The notes below the pieces were generated by a model. It was given only the letters and a program-made list of their open reading frames with translations, did no database searches and had not been told where the DNA came from. Positions 61,001 through 64,000 of a DNA stretch of 64,000 nucleotides are shown here, one piece after another. Each line of letters begins with the position of its first letter. Position 1 is the stretch's first letter. Origin of the DNA: Microthyrium microscopicum (Eukaryota); the NCBI GenBank assembly GCA_010405405.1, contig MU004240.1:882316-946315 (forward strand), in the 5' to 3' direction. The translations under genes were made by a program, and so were the position numbers.

Positions 61001-64000
61001 ATAAATTTCTATTATAGGTTTATTAAAGGCTACTTAAAGGTAACAAAACTCTTAACTAACTTACTTAAAAGTATATAACTTAAAAGGAAATATAGACCTT
61101 TTATTTAGATAAAGAAAGTAGCGTAAGTATTTTATATACTTTATATAGCTTTTAATAAAGCTCCTATCTTTATATATTTTAACTTAAAGAAAAGGATTTA
61201 CCTTAAAATTAATATATCCTAGCATACTATTATAGGTATTCTTTCCTAGCTATAGAAAGATAGCTAATAGTACCTTATTACTTTTTAGTTAAGGAAATTA
61301 ATAAAGGCTAAGATTAACTATTAAACTTATAATTAGGAACTTCTTATTATTATTAAAGCTATAAAATATTAGTAATATTATCTTAAGAATAGTTACTACT
61401 CTATTAAGATTCTAACTAACTATAATAACCTAGTAGGGTTTATAAAATAGAAAAACTTAAATAGGTACTAAGTGTGCTAAGCAATTATACTAGTAAAGTA
61501 TAACTTCTATATTAGGTATTAAAATAGAAAGATAAATTTTATAGATATACTATTAAGATAACTTAACTATACTACTATAGAATAGGCTATAAATAACTTG
61601 CTACTTACCTTTTAGAAGAAGCTAGAACTCCTTTTAGAAAAAGAATAAAAAAAGCTAGTCTTTATAAATAGTCTTAAGCTAATAAAGTAACTTACTAGTA
61701 AGATACTAATAATAAATAAGTATAACTTTATAGATAAGATATTTAATATTAAGTACTACCTAGTACTAAATATATTAAGAATAGGTAAGATACCTTATAA
61801 GTAAATAAGTAGCTAAGATGCTATAAGTAAAGAGAGTAAAGACTTTCTTAGCTCCTAAAAAATAGTTACTACTCTAGACTATATTTATATCCTAAGAATT
61901 ATAGTAAGAAAAGTAATATAAGACCTATATATTATAAATAGAGAAGCTCTAAATATACTAATTACTTTAGTCTAAGTTACCTAAGATAGTAATAAGGAAC
62001 TTAAGTATATCTAAGAAGTATTTAATATATAGCTAGAGTCTAAAGAGACCTAATAGCTAAAGAATACTTAGTTAGTTTAAAGAGACTACCTCTACTATAA
62101 GAGCTAATTATATATACCTTATAAGCTTACCTTAAGAAATAAACTCTTAGTAATATACTATAATAACCTACTAGTAAGATACCTAAGGATCTAAAATACT
62201 ATAAAACTACTCTATAAATAGTTTTACTAGCTAAAAATAGAAGAAGACGTATAGATATATATAAAGACTTACCTAGTCTACTAAAGGATAAAAGTAAGAT
62301 AATATTAACCCTATAGTGAGTTAAAGTCTCTACTTTAATTAACCTAACTATAATAAGAAATTACTATAGACTTTATTATAAGTTTACTACCTTATAAATA
62401 TAAACTTATAATATTTAACGCTATACTAGTAATTATAGATTAGTATACTAAATAAATAAGGTATATTAAAACTATAAAAAATATAACTACTAAAGAGCTA
62501 GTAGAACTTATAGAAAAAAGAATTTTCTTAGAAAAAGGCCTACTAGTAGGTATTATATTAGATAGAGAATTTATCTTTATAAGTAAATTTTAAACTAAAC
62601 TATACTAAGTAAGAAAGGTAAAATATAGGCTATCTATAGCCTAGTATCTATAAATTAATAGCTAAACTAAGTAGTAAAACTTAGTACTAAGATATTACCT
62701 ATAAGCCTTTACTATTAAAAACTAGATAAACTAGTTAAGCCTCCTACTTATAGTATAATAGGTAATAAATATATCTTATAATAAGATACTTAACTATACT
62801 CTAAATATAGCTAAAATAAGATATAAACTAACTCTCTTAGTAGACCTTCTTATAGACTCTAAGAATAGGTTTAAAGAAGAAGGAAGTAAGGTAGTAATAG
62901 TAAAGTAAAGAGTAGTAAAAATAGAATAAGACTAAGAAAAGATAGTAGAATGCTAAGGAAAAGTAGTAGAATACTAAGCTAAGTTCTATAATAAGAAGTA
63001 TACCCTAATATTATTCTATATAGGAGATAAGGTTCTACTATTAATAAAGAATATTAAACTTAAATTACTAAGTAAGAAGCTAGCTTTTTACTATATAGAA
63101 CTATTTAGTATTTAAGACGTAGTTAGAGAATAAGCCTACTAACTAAACCTTCTAATAGGCTACTAAATCTATAACGTCTTCTATATATCTAAACTTAAGC
63201 TATATTATTAAAAAGAAGGTTAAGAAGAACTAGAGCTCCTTATAGCTATTAAGCTAAAAGATAAAGAAGAATAGAAAGTAAGAGCTATCTTAGATAAGAG
63301 AAAATAAAAAAGGAAAGTTAAATATTTTATTTATTAGTAAGGCTATCCCCTAACTTATAACTCTTAAAAATAAGAAAAAGACTATAAAAATATATAAGAC
63401 TTAATTAAGGTTTTTAAAAAAGCTAGTAGACCTAAGTTTATTATTATAAAGAAAAGAAAAAGAGAAAAATAAAACTATAAAGAAAGGTATTATAAGAGAG
63501 AAGAGATTTTTATATACTTTTTATTTACTATAAAAAAGTAACTAATTAGTAGGATAAAAAATAGAAAACTAAAAATAAAAATAGTAAAAATTATAACTAG
63601 GTAAATTATTAATAAGACATAAATAAAACCTAAATAAAATTAAGGAGTCTTATAAGAGACTAGTAGGCTAGTACTATAAAAAAAAGGACTCTTCTCTATA
63701 GAGATAAAAAGAGTAGACTACTAGCGAATATAATAAAAAATAAGAATTTTTCTTAAACGCTATAATTATAGATAGCAAGTTAATAAAAAGACTAGTCCTA
63801 AAAGATATTAAGACTAGTAACTTACGCCTAAAGAAATAAATAAATATAGTATTTACGTAATTAAAACGTAACCTAATTACTAAACCCTAATTCTATATAT
63901 TAAAACGCTATAACTTTAAAAGTAGGCGTTAGATACTATTAGTTACTCTAAGACTATTAGAAAAGGAGTATATAATAAATATAGCTAGAGTAATTAGCGT
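58045..64000 (+). mobile_element. RIP-inactivated Ty3/gypsy chromovirus B nested in element A
   Basis: Starts TGTCACG at 58045, LTR to ~58190. RIP-reverted gag CX2CX4HX4C knuckle 59409-59450, protease LLDT(G)S near 59693, RT YL(DD) at 60746, RNase H, integrase (M)DFI near 62367 and (S)DR(G) near 62557, chromodomain E(WE)V..IL...(WQ)GYP...(D)S(WE) near 63269-63370. No 3' LTR recognised inside the window. Confidence 0.9.

Overview
Eukaryotic DNA from a filamentous ascomycete, probably a Dothideomycete (inferred from protein families, short GT-AG introns with CTAAC/CTGAC branch sites, and RIP). I reconstructed 17 protein-coding genes by hand: kynureninase, DNA polymerase alpha, oligoribonuclease, an FLC/TRP-like transporter, RPS5, a 7TM-RGS protein, a SAP30-like protein, a GRE2-like reductase, two Zn2Cys6 transcription factors, a TmpA-like flavoprotein, a CAP/SCP secreted protein, a small Cys-rich GPI-like protein, adenosine kinase, a conserved hypothetical protein, UCH37 and transportin. 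The window also holds a frameshifted DUF2306-like pseudogene, a RIP-degraded pogo-like DD35D DNA transposon with intact TIRs (7564-10800), a MITE-like element, and an AT-rich block from about 52.7 kb in which one Ty3/gypsy element is nested in another. The two most unusual signals are (1) an in-frame 71-codon His/Gln-rich extension directly behind the TGA-CAA stop of a Zn2Cys6 factor that also has three short uORFs, a candidate for stop-codon readthrough, and (2) a densely hairpin-forming ~0.8 kb non-coding segment downstream of transportin, a candidate structured ncRNA. All family assignments come from motif recognition; no searches were run.
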